Assembly (NCBI GenBank): GCA_001817505.1
Contig: MHIM01000028.1
Location: 383-64,382 of the forward strand
Direction: 5' to 3'
DNA from: Candidatus Buchananbacteria bacterium RIFCSPLOWO2_01_FULL_39_33
Lineage (GTDB): Bacteria > Patescibacteriota > Patescibacteriia > 2-01-FULL-39-33
Length of the DNA stretch: 64,000 nucleotides
In this document: positions 18,484 through 27,488 of the stretch, in pieces
Numbering within the stretch: the first letter of the stretch is position 1
How the letters are laid out: each line of letters opens with the position of its first letter
Translations under genes and position numbers: made by a program
The notes under the pieces: model-generated
The model's input: only the letters and a program-made list of their open reading frames with translations
Database searches by the model: none
Told to the model about the DNA's origin: nothing

Positions 18484-19740
18484 ATGTATCAAAAAATAAA
18501 ATTGCCTAACCAAGTTAGGTTGATTACCGTACCCCAAAAAGAAACCCAGACTGCTAATCTGCTGGTTTTAGTGAAAGTCGGTTCACGAGCCGAGAATCTC
18601 AAAAACAGCGGCGTTTCTCATTTTATCGAGCACTTGATGTTTAAAGGCACTAAAAAACGGCCCAGTACTTTAGCTTTGTCTAAAGAATTAGACGGCGTTG
18701 GCGCCGAGTTCAATGCTTTTACCGGCAAGGATTACACCGGCTATTATATCAAATCCGATACCAAACATTTATCGCTCTCCATTGATGTTTTAGCGGACAT
18801 GCTTTTAAATTCCAAATTTGACGCTCAAGAAATTGACAGAGAAAAGGGTGTGATTGTTGAAGAAATCAATATGTATGAAGATAATCCGATGATGTACGTT
18901 GATGATTTATTGGAACAAACCATGTATGCCGGTCATCCCTTAGGTTGTTCTATTGCTGGCACCAGGCAATCAGTCAAGGCAATGTCCCAGGCAGATTTGC
19001 TTGGCTTTAAGAACCAATTTTATATTGGCAATAATATTGTCATTTGCCTGGCGGGAAATTTTAATAGTCAGCATTTACAAGAACTGAAAGCTAAATTCAA
19101 ATTTCCCTTATCAACTAAGAAATTTCCCATCAATAAAATAAAAATCAAGCAAAATAAGTCGCGGGTGGTTTTGAAATTCAAAGAAACCGAACAAAGCCAA
19201 ATCGCTTTGGGCTTTCCGGCCTATGCTTATACCGATAAGAAAATCTATGCCCTGCAATTACTCTCAGTGATTTTGGGCGGCAATATGAGCTCCAGATTAT
19301 TCTGGCAAGTCAGGGAAAGAAATGGCTTGGCCTATTTTATCCGTTCGTTTTTGAGCGTCTATGAAGATACCGGCGCTTTAATAATCCAATCGGGCTTAGA
19401 CAAGTTGCGGGTGGAGAGTGCTATGGCCTTGATAGTTTCCGAACTGGAAAAAATTAAAAAAGGAGTAACCCCGGAAGAATTAAAGCGAGCCAAAGAATAT
19501 TTATTTGGCAAAACCGCCCTGGACTTGGAAGATACCTCTCATCTGGCCCAATGGTATGGCCAACAGGAATTAATGATTGGCAAAATTCTAACTCCCGAGG
19601 AAAAAAATAAAAAAATCACGGCCGTTACCCTCGGTGATGTTGCCTTGGTGGCTAAGGATATTTTCAAAATCAATCAGTCAAGTTTAGCTGTGATCGGGCC
19701 GTTTAAGAATAAAAATAAATTCAAAAATCTTTTGAAATAA
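18484..19740 (+). CDS. M16 (pitrilysin/insulinase) family zinc peptidase
   Basis: HFIEH (HxxEH) motif, NAFT, SSRLF..VRE..GLAY. Confidence 0.93.
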   Translation: MYQKIKLPNQVRLITVPQKETQTANLLVLVKVGSRAENLKNSGVSHFIEHLMFKGTKKRPSTLALSKELDGVGAEFNAFTGKDYTGYYIKSDTKHLSLSIDVLADMLLNSKFDAQEIDREKGVIVEEINMYEDNPMMYVDDLLEQTMYAGHPLGCSIAGTRQSVKAMSQADLLGFKNQFYIGNNIVICLAGNFNSQHLQELKAKFKFPLSTKKFPINKIKIKQNKSRVVLKFKETEQSQIALGFPAYAYTDKKIYALQLLSVILGGNMSSRLFWQVRERNGLAYFIRSFLSVYEDTGALIIQSGLDKLRVESAMALIVSELEKIKKGVTPEELKRAKEYLFGKTALDLEDTSHLAQWYGQQELMIGKILTPEEKNKKITAVTLGDVALVAKDIFKINQSSLAVIGPFKNKNKFKNLLK

Positions 19741-19743
19741 TTT

Positions 19744-21027
19744 ATGAGAATAGGCATTGATTGCCGGACAATTTTAAATCCTGCTGGCGGCGAACGGGCC
19801 GGCGTGGGCCACTATACTTATTATTTGGTCAAAAATTTATTGGCTCTGGACAGAAAAAACGATTACGTCTTGTTTTTTGACAGCCGCTTGAAAGATGTTG
19901 AAGAATTCAAAAAATATAAGAATGCCATTATCCGGTTTTTCCCTTTTTACCAGTATAAAAAATATCTGCCTCTAATCTATTCCCAGCTGCTGATCAGCGC
20001 GGTTTTAAATCGGGAAAATTTGGATATTTTCCATTCTCCGGCCAATGTCATTCCTTTTTATTACAGTAAGAAATCAGTCATTACCGTTCATGATCTGGCT
20101 ATTTACAAGTTTCCGGAATTTTTTCCTAAAACTTTTTTAAGCCGTCAGGCCTTTTCTACCAAGATATTAGTGCCTAAATCCCTGGCTCAAGCCAGCCAGA
20201 TAATCGCCGTTTCCAAAAATACCAAAAAGGATATAATAGAAGAATTCGGCCTGGCGGAAGAAAAAATTGAAGTGGTTTATGAAGGGGTTACAACTAATCA
20301 GGAAATTTGCGCCAACGTCGCTAATTGGGAAAATGTTTTTAAGAAATACGGCATCAAAGAAAAATTCATTTTGTTTTTAGGCACAATTGAGCCCAGAAAA
20401 AATATTGTCAGTTTAATCAGGGCCTTTCGCAATGCCCGTCTGGTTTATGACTCGCCCCTAAAAGATTATCAACTGATAATTGCCGGCGGCTCCGGCTGGA
20501 ACGACCAACCGATCTATCAGGCAATTACCGATGCTAATGCTAGCATTTTAGGTATCAAAGAAAGAAGAACCGGCTTGGAAAGGCGTAGCGGCTTAAATAA
20601 CTGGCCTGGAATTAAGGGGGAATTACCAAAGGAAAGGCGACAAAAAGAGGAAAGAAGGAAAAACCAGCCAGTGAAGTATATCGGTTATGTTTCTCCAAGC
20701 GATAAACTGACCCTGCTTTGCAAAACCCAATGTTTTGTTTTTCCCAGTTTATACGAAGGTTTCGGCCTGCCGGTTTTGGAGGCGATGAGTTTGGGCGTTG
20801 CCACTATTACTTCTAATTCCAGCTCTTTGCCGGAAATCACCGGTAGTGAAGGAGCAATCTTGGTTAATCCCAACAAAGAATCGGAAATTTCTGACGCGCT
20901 TTTGCAAATCGTGACTGATGAGGGTTTAAGGGAATTGCTAACTATCAAAGCCCGGGAAAAATCCCGACAATTCAGCTGGAAGAAATGTGTTAAAGAAACG
21001 CTCTCTGTTTATAATTCACTCAAGTAA
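19744..21027 (+). CDS. Glycosyltransferase family 4 (GT-B)
   Basis: MRIGID, TVHDLA, LGTIEPRKN, FPSLYEGFGLPVLEAM. Confidence 0.93.
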   Translation: MRIGIDCRTILNPAGGERAGVGHYTYYLVKNLLALDRKNDYVLFFDSRLKDVEEFKKYKNAIIRFFPFYQYKKYLPLIYSQLLISAVLNRENLDIFHSPANVIPFYYSKKSVITVHDLAIYKFPEFFPKTFLSRQAFSTKILVPKSLAQASQIIAVSKNTKKDIIEEFGLAEEKIEVVYEGVTTNQEICANVANWENVFKKYGIKEKFILFLGTIEPRKNIVSLIRAFRNARLVYDSPLKDYQLIIAGGSGWNDQPIYQAITDANASILGIKERRTGLERRSGLNNWPGIKGELPKERRQKEERRKNQPVKYIGYVSPSDKLTLLCKTQCFVFPSLYEGFGLPVLEAMSLGVATITSNSSSLPEITGSEGAILVNPNKESEISDALLQIVTDEGLRELLTIKAREKSRQFSWKKCVKETLSVYNSLK

Positions 21028-21097
21028 ATAATCATCTAACATATTTTATAAAAATAAATTACCCGGTGTTACCGGGCAATTTATTTATTTGGCGAAG

Positions 21098-21598
21098 TTA
21101 TTTTACAAGGTAAATAGTCCAGATGATGACGGTCAGTATGATGACCTGTACCAAAATGCCATATTGGAGAGGCAGATCAAAATTAAGTTTATTGACTAAT
21201 AAATTGTGGTTTTTATTATGCAATTTATAAAACCATTTGATAATTCTAAACTCTTTTAATTTATAAACAGCCACTAAAACATCCGGTAGAATACTGCCGA
21301 TAATCGCCCAAATTACATTATCAGCTCGGGCGAATTCAAAATTTTTAAAGAGAAAAATCAAAAAAACAGCCAGCACGAAGCTGTCAATACTGCCGTACAA
21401 AGCCATAAATTTAAGATCACCTTTTTCTTGTAAAAATTTAAGACGTTCGCCCCAAAACCTTTTACCCATCTTGGAATCGCCATGAGGGATTAAGTCCAAA
21501 ATCAAATGCGATAACAGACCCAACAAAAAAGCGATAATCGGACTGCTTATATTTTTGCCGATAACGGTGGCCGCCGCCGCGTGAACCGTGATAAACAT
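21098..21598 (-). CDS. Membrane-bound metal-dependent hydrolase-like protein
   Basis: H..SHLILDLIPH..LPD..H..H pattern among TM helices. Confidence 0.65.
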   Translation of the reverse strand: MFITVHAAAATVIGKNISSPIIAFLLGLLSHLILDLIPHGDSKMGKRFWGERLKFLQEKGDLKFMALYGSIDSFVLAVFLIFLFKNFEFARADNVIWAIIGSILPDVLVAVYKLKEFRIIKWFYKLHNKNHNLLVNKLNFDLPLQYGILVQVIILTVIIWTIYLVK

Positions 21599-21658
21599 AT
21601 GTTAATAATTAATGGTTAGATCGTTTGTATTATAGCATTAGAACAATTTTTGGTAAAT

Positions 21659-21682
21659 AAAAAACAGCGAAAGCTGTTTTTT
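21659..21682. terminator. Bidirectional terminator hairpin
   Basis: AAAAAACAGC-GAAA-GCTGTTTTTT. Confidence 0.7.
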
Positions 21683-21970
21683 GGTGCTCCATTCTTAAAA
21701 TAGTTCGAACGCATTTCGCCGCCGGCGGCGGCGAGGAAGCCCCCCGCAAAAATGAACGGCTTCGCCGCGAACCGGACAATTTCAAGTTTTTGAATGATTT
21801 AAGTATAAATCATTCCAGTAAATTTTTCAATGAAAATGATTGAAAAATTTAATGCCTTGGCGGCAAATTCTTTTATGAAAATTCAATCCCAAAATTTGAT
21901 AAAGAAAAAGGGCTCCGAGCAGAACTGGTGTCTGTAAGGAGCCCCATTGTCGGCGGAACTTCGTTCGCCG

Positions 21971-22681
21971 TTAGCCGAGAGACAAAAGCGTGGGGTTGAG
22001 CACGCCGCCGGACTCGTTGGCCTTCTCGCCCTCGTTCCCGATCTGGGTCTTGAGGTTGTGCCAACGCCGAAGTCGGTCGCCGTGCTTCCAGCAGGCCGCG
22101 AGTGTCGAGACAGCACATTCGTACATGAAGCCCGTGATGCCCTCGAGGTTGGCCTCGTGATATGCGGCGTCCGCCACATCTTCGAGGTTTTTCCCGTTGG
22201 CCATCTCGACCTGCATGAGGCGTGCCCACCGTTCCGAGTAGGTGACCACCGCACCGCCGTAACCGTCCGTGTTCATGTCCTTGAACTTCTGCCAGCCGGC
22301 TTCGTCGGCGAGCTCAATGGTGGGGGCGTTGGCCAACTTGGCCTCGACCTTCTCGCGATGAGCACGAGCTTTCTTCTCGTACTCCACCTGCCGCTTCTGC
22401 CGCTTACGCTCGTTCTTGGCTTCGATGCGCGCGTCTTTCGCCTTGTCTTCGGCCGTGAGTTCGGCTTTCGGATAGGGTCCGACCTCGCCCTCGATGTAGC
22501 CCGATTGGGCGCGCTGTTGGTCACGGAAGATGAGTTCGGCATTGGAAGTGCCGTTCACCAGCACCGTGACGCCGTTGAGCTCCTGCTTCGCCGTGAAGTT
22601 GCCTTCCTTGGCGAGTCCGATCATCTCCCTGATGGTGTCGACGATGAGGCTGTTGTAGACGTTCGTCTCTTTGGTCTTCAT
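21971..22681 (-). CDS. Hypothetical protein of foreign (phage-like) origin
   Basis: SD AAAGGAGG before ATG; GC-ending codons dominate, unlike host genes. Confidence 0.8.
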   Translation of the reverse strand: MKTKETNVYNSLIVDTIREMIGLAKEGNFTAKQELNGVTVLVNGTSNAELIFRDQQRAQSGYIEGEVGPYPKAELTAEDKAKDARIEAKNERKRQKRQVEYEKKARAHREKVEAKLANAPTIELADEAGWQKFKDMNTDGYGGAVVTYSERWARLMQVEMANGKNLEDVADAAYHEANLEGITGFMYECAVSTLAACWKHGDRLRRWHNLKTQIGNEGEKANESGGVLNPTLLSLG

Positions 22682-22765
22682 GCTTCTGTCCTCCTTTCAA
22701 GGTATGGTTTGATTCCATCTAGGTACTATACCCAGATTTCAATCTATCCTAGCATACCAGACCAT

Positions 22766-22803
22766 AAAAGTCAAGAGGCGGCAAGCACCGCCTCTTGACT
22801 TTT
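22766..22803. terminator. Terminator hairpin downstream of tRNA-Leu
   Basis: AAAAGTCAAGAGGCGG-CAAGCA-CCGCCTCTTGACTTTT. Confidence 0.75.
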
Positions 22804-22809
22804 CCTACG

Positions 22810-22894
22810 TGGTGCCGAAGGAGAGAATCGAACTCTCACATCTTGCGATACACGATTTTGAGTCGTGCGCGTCTACCAATTCCGCCACTTCGGC
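22810..22894 (-). tRNA. tRNA-Leu(CAA)
   Basis: GCCGAAGTGGCGGAATTGGTAGACGCGCACGACT-CAA-AATCGTG, long variable arm, CCA end. Confidence 0.97.
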
Positions 22895-23165
22895 CTACTA
22901 TCAACAATTAACTTTTAACATTTAACTATTAACAAAATTGTTAAATATTAATTATTAATAGTTAACAGTTATTATCGTAGCAGGGGCCGGAGTTGAATCG
23001 GGTTGTTTCTGGACAACGCTGAATGCCTGCTTGCCGGTAGATAGGCTTGTATTTGCTCGTTTTCATTGACACTCATCTTCGCTAATGCTCGTTTCGTTTC
23101 CGTCCTCGCCTATTTGATATTAAGTAAGTTAATAGTTAACTGTTAATTGTTTATTGTTAACCCTG

Positions 23166-23237
23166 TAGCAGGGGCCGGAGTTGAACCGGCGACCAATGGC
23201 TTATGAGTCCACTGCTCTACCACTGAGCTACCCTGCC
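23166..23237 (-). tRNA. tRNA with CAT anticodon (elongator Met or Ile2); CCA not encoded
   Basis: GGCAGGGTAGCTCAGTGGTAGAGCAGTGGACT-CAT-AAGCCATTGGTCGCCGGTTCAACTCCGGCCCCTGCTA. Confidence 0.92.
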
Positions 23238-23650
23238 GTGATTTAATCTTTCTAAGTTGTTAATCCACTGCTCTTCCAGGGCAGCGCCAGATGCTCGCGC
23301 TTGCTCGCATCTGTCGGCGTCTCAGCTTCGCCTTCGGCTCGCTTCACTGCTGCCCGTCGCTTCGCGACCCACTAAGCTACCCTGCCAGAAAATAATTTTC
23401 AATTTTCAATTTTTAAATAATTTAAAAATGATTAATTTAAAAATTAAATCATTGTTTAGAAATTAGAAATTAGAAATTTTAAAATTAGTATCTGTTGCGG
23501 GGGTGGGATTCTTGTCCTGGGCAGCGTCCAGTCCTGCGCCAGCTCGGACTGGCCGACGCTCGTCTTCGCCTCGCTTCTGCCCGTGCGAATCCTCTCCTGA
23601 AAATAATTCATTATTAACCAAATAGGCATCTTGATTATCCGAAATTTTTG

Positions 23651-23722
23651 TTGCGGGGGTGGGATTCGCACCCACGACCTCCAGGTTATGGGCCTGGCGA
23701 GCTGCTACTGCTCTACCCCGCA
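23651..23722 (-). tRNA. Initiator-like tRNA-fMet(CAT) with non-canonical positions
   Basis: TGCGGGGTAGAGCAGTAGCAGCTCGCCAGGCC-CAT-AACCTGGAGGTCGTGGGTGCGAATCCCACCCCCGCAA. Confidence 0.88.
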
Positions 23723-23815
23723 CAGAACATTGTATCATAAAAATTTAATTTTGACAAGGTAATTAAGATAATTTTTATTTTTAAAGTTCCATTATTTATG
23801 ATACTATAAATTAAT

Positions 23816-24583
23816 ATGGGACAAGTAATCTCGGTTGTTAATCAAAAAGGCGGAGTCGGCAAGACCACCACCGCTGTTAATTTAGCCGCTTACCTAAGCC
23901 AATTAGGTAAGTTTGTTTTATTGATTGATTTAGACCCGCAAAGCAATGCCACTTCTAATCTGGGCATCTCCAAGGATTTAGAGAAAGGCGTCTATGAGGT
24001 TTTGACCGGCCCTTATTCTTTTAAAGAAGTGATGATTGATACCCAGCACGAATATTATAAATTAGTGCCGGCCACGGTGTCTTTAGCGGGCGCCGGAGTG
24101 GAGTTTGTTAATTTAGACCGGCGCGAATTCCGGCTTTATGATAATTTATTGGAGATCAAGAATGACTTTGATTACATTATAATTGATTGTCCGCCGTCGC
24201 TGGGACTTTTAACCATTAATGGCTTAGTGGCTTCCGACCAGGTTCTTATTCCGGTCCAAGCCGAATATTTTGCCCTTGAGGGCTTGGGACAATTGGTCTC
24301 AACCATCGGTCTTATCCAAGAGAATGTCAAGCCGGAACTGGATATTTTGGGCGCTGTCTTGACCATGTATGATAAAAGGTTCAAGTTAGCCAATGATGTT
24401 TTGATGGAACTTTACCGGTATTTTCCCAATAAAATATTTCGCTCGGTTATTCCTCGAAACATTCGTCTATCAGAAGCGCCCAGCCATGGCCAGACAATTT
24501 TGGCTTATGATCCCAAATCCAAGGGCGCTAAGGCCTATGAAAGATTGGCTAGAGAATTGGTCTATCAGACCAACCCTTATTAG
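23816..24583 (+). CDS. parA: Chromosome partitioning ATPase ParA/Soj
   Basis: NQKGGVGKTTT, DLDPQSN, IDCPPSLG, PRNIRLSEAPS. Confidence 0.96.
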   Translation: MGQVISVVNQKGGVGKTTTAVNLAAYLSQLGKFVLLIDLDPQSNATSNLGISKDLEKGVYEVLTGPYSFKEVMIDTQHEYYKLVPATVSLAGAGVEFVNLDRREFRLYDNLLEIKNDFDYIIIDCPPSLGLLTINGLVASDQVLIPVQAEYFALEGLGQLVSTIGLIQENVKPELDILGAVLTMYDKRFKLANDVLMELYRYFPNKIFRSVIPRNIRLSEAPSHGQTILAYDPKSKGAKAYERLARELVYQTNPY

Positions 24584-24605
24584 ACATATTTAAAAGATAA
24601 AATTT

Positions 24606-25481
24606 ATGCAAAAACCATCTGGTCTAGGACGGGGATTGGGTTCGCTGATTACCGGCAAGAAGACAGCCAAAGAAATAATCGGCGTTGCCAGTGAAGTAGC
24701 CGGTATTTTAGATACCCAAGAGAAAATTTATCAATTACCGGTTGATAAAATTACTCCCAATCCTCATCAACCCCGCGCTCATATTAACGAAGAAGATTTA
24801 TTGGAATTGACTAAGTCAATCAAAGAGCATGGCGTTATTCAGCCCTTGATAGTCACTAAAATCGATAATGGCTGGCAATTGATTGCCGGCGAAAGAAGAT
24901 GGCGGTCGGCCAAACTAGCCGGTTTGGATAAAGTGCCGGCGATTGTCCGCCAAATGAGCGAACAAAAGAAACTGGAAGTGGCTTTGATTGAGAATTTACA
25001 GCGCCGCAATCTTAATGCTTTGGAAACGGCTTTTGCTTATCAGAAATTAGTTGATGAATTTAACTTAACCCATGAACAACTCTCCCAAAGGGTTGGCAAA
25101 AGTCCCAGCACTGTCGCCAATACCTTGCGGATTCTCAACGTTATTGATGAAGCCAAGGCAGCTATCAGAGATGGCCAGATTTTTGAAGGACATGCCCGGG
25201 TTTTGGCTGGCTTGCCGGCGGCGGATCAATTGATAACACTGAAAAAAATCCTGGCTGAAAATTTAAACGTGCGCGATACTGAAAAAGCCGGCCATCAGGT
25301 CGTAGTCCAAAAGCGCATCAGGAAGGTTTCCTTTGATCCGGAAGTCAAAGCCAAAGAAGAATTGCTGCAGGGGATTTTAGGCACTAAAGTGGAAATAAAA
25401 AAGCATGGCTCAACCGGCCAAATTATCATCAAATTCTTTTCCGAAGAGGAATTAAGAAATATAGTTGATAAAATTATTTGA
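24606..25481 (+). CDS. parB: Chromosome partitioning protein ParB/Spo0J
   Basis: GLGRGLGSL, NPHQPR, IAGERRWR, ENLQR. Confidence 0.96.
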   Translation: MQKPSGLGRGLGSLITGKKTAKEIIGVASEVAGILDTQEKIYQLPVDKITPNPHQPRAHINEEDLLELTKSIKEHGVIQPLIVTKIDNGWQLIAGERRWRSAKLAGLDKVPAIVRQMSEQKKLEVALIENLQRRNLNALETAFAYQKLVDEFNLTHEQLSQRVGKSPSTVANTLRILNVIDEAKAAIRDGQIFEGHARVLAGLPAADQLITLKKILAENLNVRDTEKAGHQVVVQKRIRKVSFDPEVKAKEELLQGILGTKVEIKKHGSTGQIIIKFFSEEELRNIVDKII

Positions 25482-25513
25482 TATTCTCTTCTGGCCAACG
25501 GTCAAGATTAAAA

Positions 25514-26977
25514 TCATTGTTTTTTCAATCGGTTGAAAGCTGTTCTGATTTTACTTTTAGCCATAGAGGTCTTGACGCTCTCCAACCAATCAATATTCGG
25601 CCCTTGGCGGTTTTTATCGGTGATAATTTCCACAATATCGCCGCTTTTTAATTTGGAATCCAAACTGACTAAATGGTCATTGACTCTGGCGCCGACGCAT
25701 TGGTTGCCGATGGAAGAGTGGACATGATAAGCGAAATCAATCGGAGTTGATGCCTCGGGCAAATCAATCACATCACCGGTCGGGGTAAAGACAAAAATCC
25801 GGTTTTGGAAAATATCCAATTTAATATCATGCAAGAATTGCTCGTCATCAATGATTTGCTTTTGCCACTTGACCAATTCTGCCAGCCATTTGACGCTTTT
25901 CTTATTGGCATTGCCTTTATTTTCTTTATAATCCCAATGGGCGGCAATGCCGAATTCGGCTTCCTCATGCATTTCAATGGTTCTGATCTGGAATTCAACG
26001 ATCTCGCCATTTTCCGTAAAGACAGTCGTATGCAATGACTTATAGCCATTGGGCTTGGGCTGGGCGATGTAATCCTTGACTCGGCCGGGCATAGGCCGGT
26101 AGAGGTTATGCAGAATGCCCAGAGTTGAGTAGCAATCAGCCATGGTCGGCACGATAATCCTTAAAGCGATTAAATCATAGACCTTGGACAAATCTTTATT
26201 AACTGACGGGCGAAGCAGTTTTCGATATAAGCTGTAGAGGTGTTTGGTTCGGCCGTGGATGGCTATATTTTTTAAGATTATGCCGTTTTCTAATAATTTT
26301 TTAGAAACGCGTTTTTTAACTTTTTCCAAATATCTTTCTTTTTCTTTATATTTTTTGGGCAATATTTCCATAATCCAGTTATAATCAGCCGGGTAGACAT
26401 ATTTGAAAGACAGGTCTTCCAACTCGCCTTTGATTTTGCCGATGCCCAGGCGATCAGCGATGGGAGCGTAAATTTCCAATGATTCAGTGGCGATCCTGAT
26501 TTGTTTCTCGGCCGGTAAAAATTCCAAGGTTTTCAGATTATGGATGCGGTCGGCGAACTTAATTAAAATTATTCTGATGTCATTGCTCATAGCCACAAAC
26601 ATTCTTCTTAAATTTTCAGCGTATCGGGCTATGCCGCGGTACTTTAAAGTGCCCAATTTAGTGATGCCGGCTACCAAATTAGCTACTTCTTTACCAAAGT
26701 TTTTTTTGATGTCTTCCAAGGTGATTTTAGTATCTTCGGGAATATCGTGCAGCAAACCGGCGATAATGGTTTCCTTATCCATTTTAAGCTCGGCCAGAAA
26801 TTGCGCTGTGGCTAAAGGATGGATAATATAATCATCTCCGGACAAGCGTTTTTGGCCCGAGTGGGCGCTAAAAGCGAATTCATAAGCCAATTTAATCATA
26901 TCCAAATCGCCATCAGGATTTTTTTCACTGATGGTTTTCAATAATTTTTCAAATTCTGTCTTAGGGTCGGTGAGCAT
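25514..26977 (-). CDS. relA: (p)ppGpp synthetase/hydrolase, short Rel (HD + SYNTH + TGS)
   Basis: HSGQKRLSG..YIIHP, LLHD, ADRIHN, PKPNGYKSLHT, EFQIRT, TPIDFAYHVH. Confidence 0.92.
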   Translation of the reverse strand: MLTDPKTEFEKLLKTISEKNPDGDLDMIKLAYEFAFSAHSGQKRLSGDDYIIHPLATAQFLAELKMDKETIIAGLLHDIPEDTKITLEDIKKNFGKEVANLVAGITKLGTLKYRGIARYAENLRRMFVAMSNDIRIILIKFADRIHNLKTLEFLPAEKQIRIATESLEIYAPIADRLGIGKIKGELEDLSFKYVYPADYNWIMEILPKKYKEKERYLEKVKKRVSKKLLENGIILKNIAIHGRTKHLYSLYRKLLRPSVNKDLSKVYDLIALRIIVPTMADCYSTLGILHNLYRPMPGRVKDYIAQPKPNGYKSLHTTVFTENGEIVEFQIRTIEMHEEAEFGIAAHWDYKENKGNANKKSVKWLAELVKWQKQIIDDEQFLHDIKLDIFQNRIFVFTPTGDVIDLPEASTPIDFAYHVHSSIGNQCVGARVNDHLVSLDSKLKSGDIVEIITDKNRQGPNIDWLESVKTSMAKSKIRTAFNRLKKQ

Positions 26978-27025
26978 ATTGACCAGTATAAATTATTTCT
27001 TGGATTTAGGCAAAAGACGAAAATA

Positions 27026-27053
27026 TTGACAAAATTTAAAAGTAATGTATAAT
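27026..27053 (+). promoter_or_regulatory. Sigma70 promoter TTGACA-N16-TATAAT
   Basis: Consensus hexamers upstream of ORF 27088, which has SD GGGAGGAG. Confidence 0.65.
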
Positions 27054-27087
27054 ACGGTCAGCAGTTCTTTAAAAAAAGGGAGGAGTT

Positions 27088-27408
27088 ATGAGCACGGAAA
27101 CAGCAGAACCAACGGTTGATGGCCAAGAGTATAATCTTAAAGATATCTTCAATTTTCAAGATGTTCCCGACGATGTTATTTTGCGGGCTATGATTATTGG
27201 AATGATTGTTTCTTCTTCTATCAGCACTGCCGAACGTAGGTGTAGAAGTTTCTGGGATTTTTCTGATGAAATTGAAAAAAATATCATGAGTAAAATCGGT
27301 CAAACTCCACCCGGTTTTGATCACTCCCTAACCAAGGAAGAGGCTGAAGCGATTTTTGCCTTTTTTGCTAATCCTACAGCACAGCTCTTATTTTTCAATT
27401 ACTTTTAA
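27088..27408 (+). CDS. Hypothetical protein
   Basis: Has its own promoter, SD and downstream hairpin (27417-27442). Confidence 0.65.
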   Translation: MSTETAEPTVDGQEYNLKDIFNFQDVPDDVILRAMIIGMIVSSSISTAERRCRSFWDFSDEIEKNIMSKIGQTPPGFDHSLTKEEAEAIFAFFANPTAQLLFFNYF

Positions 27409-27488
27409 ACAAACCCAAAACCCACCGGTAAAGTGGGTTTTTAAATTGGCTTATAATTTGTTACGTAGCCAATTACGTAACAAAAATA

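Larger units (their letters stand above)
21682..22815. mobile_element. Single-gene GC-rich islet at the tRNA-Leu(CAA) 3' end
   Basis: TGGTGC at 21682-21687 and 22810-22815; abrupt GC increase over the cargo gene. Confidence 0.55.

Noticed and set aside
21947-22798. 283-aa plus-strand ORF and other overlapping ORFs
   Set aside because: Shadow frames of the GC-rich minus-strand gene, which has the SD and coherent codon bias.
23257-23738. Short ORFs across the tRNA-Met region
   Set aside because: They overlap tRNAs and hairpin inserts; no coding features.
27458-27485. Inverted repeat TTTGTTACGTA..TACGTAACAAA as parS or dif
   Set aside because: Does not match parS (TGTTTCACGTGAAACA) or dif consensus; more likely a topA terminator.
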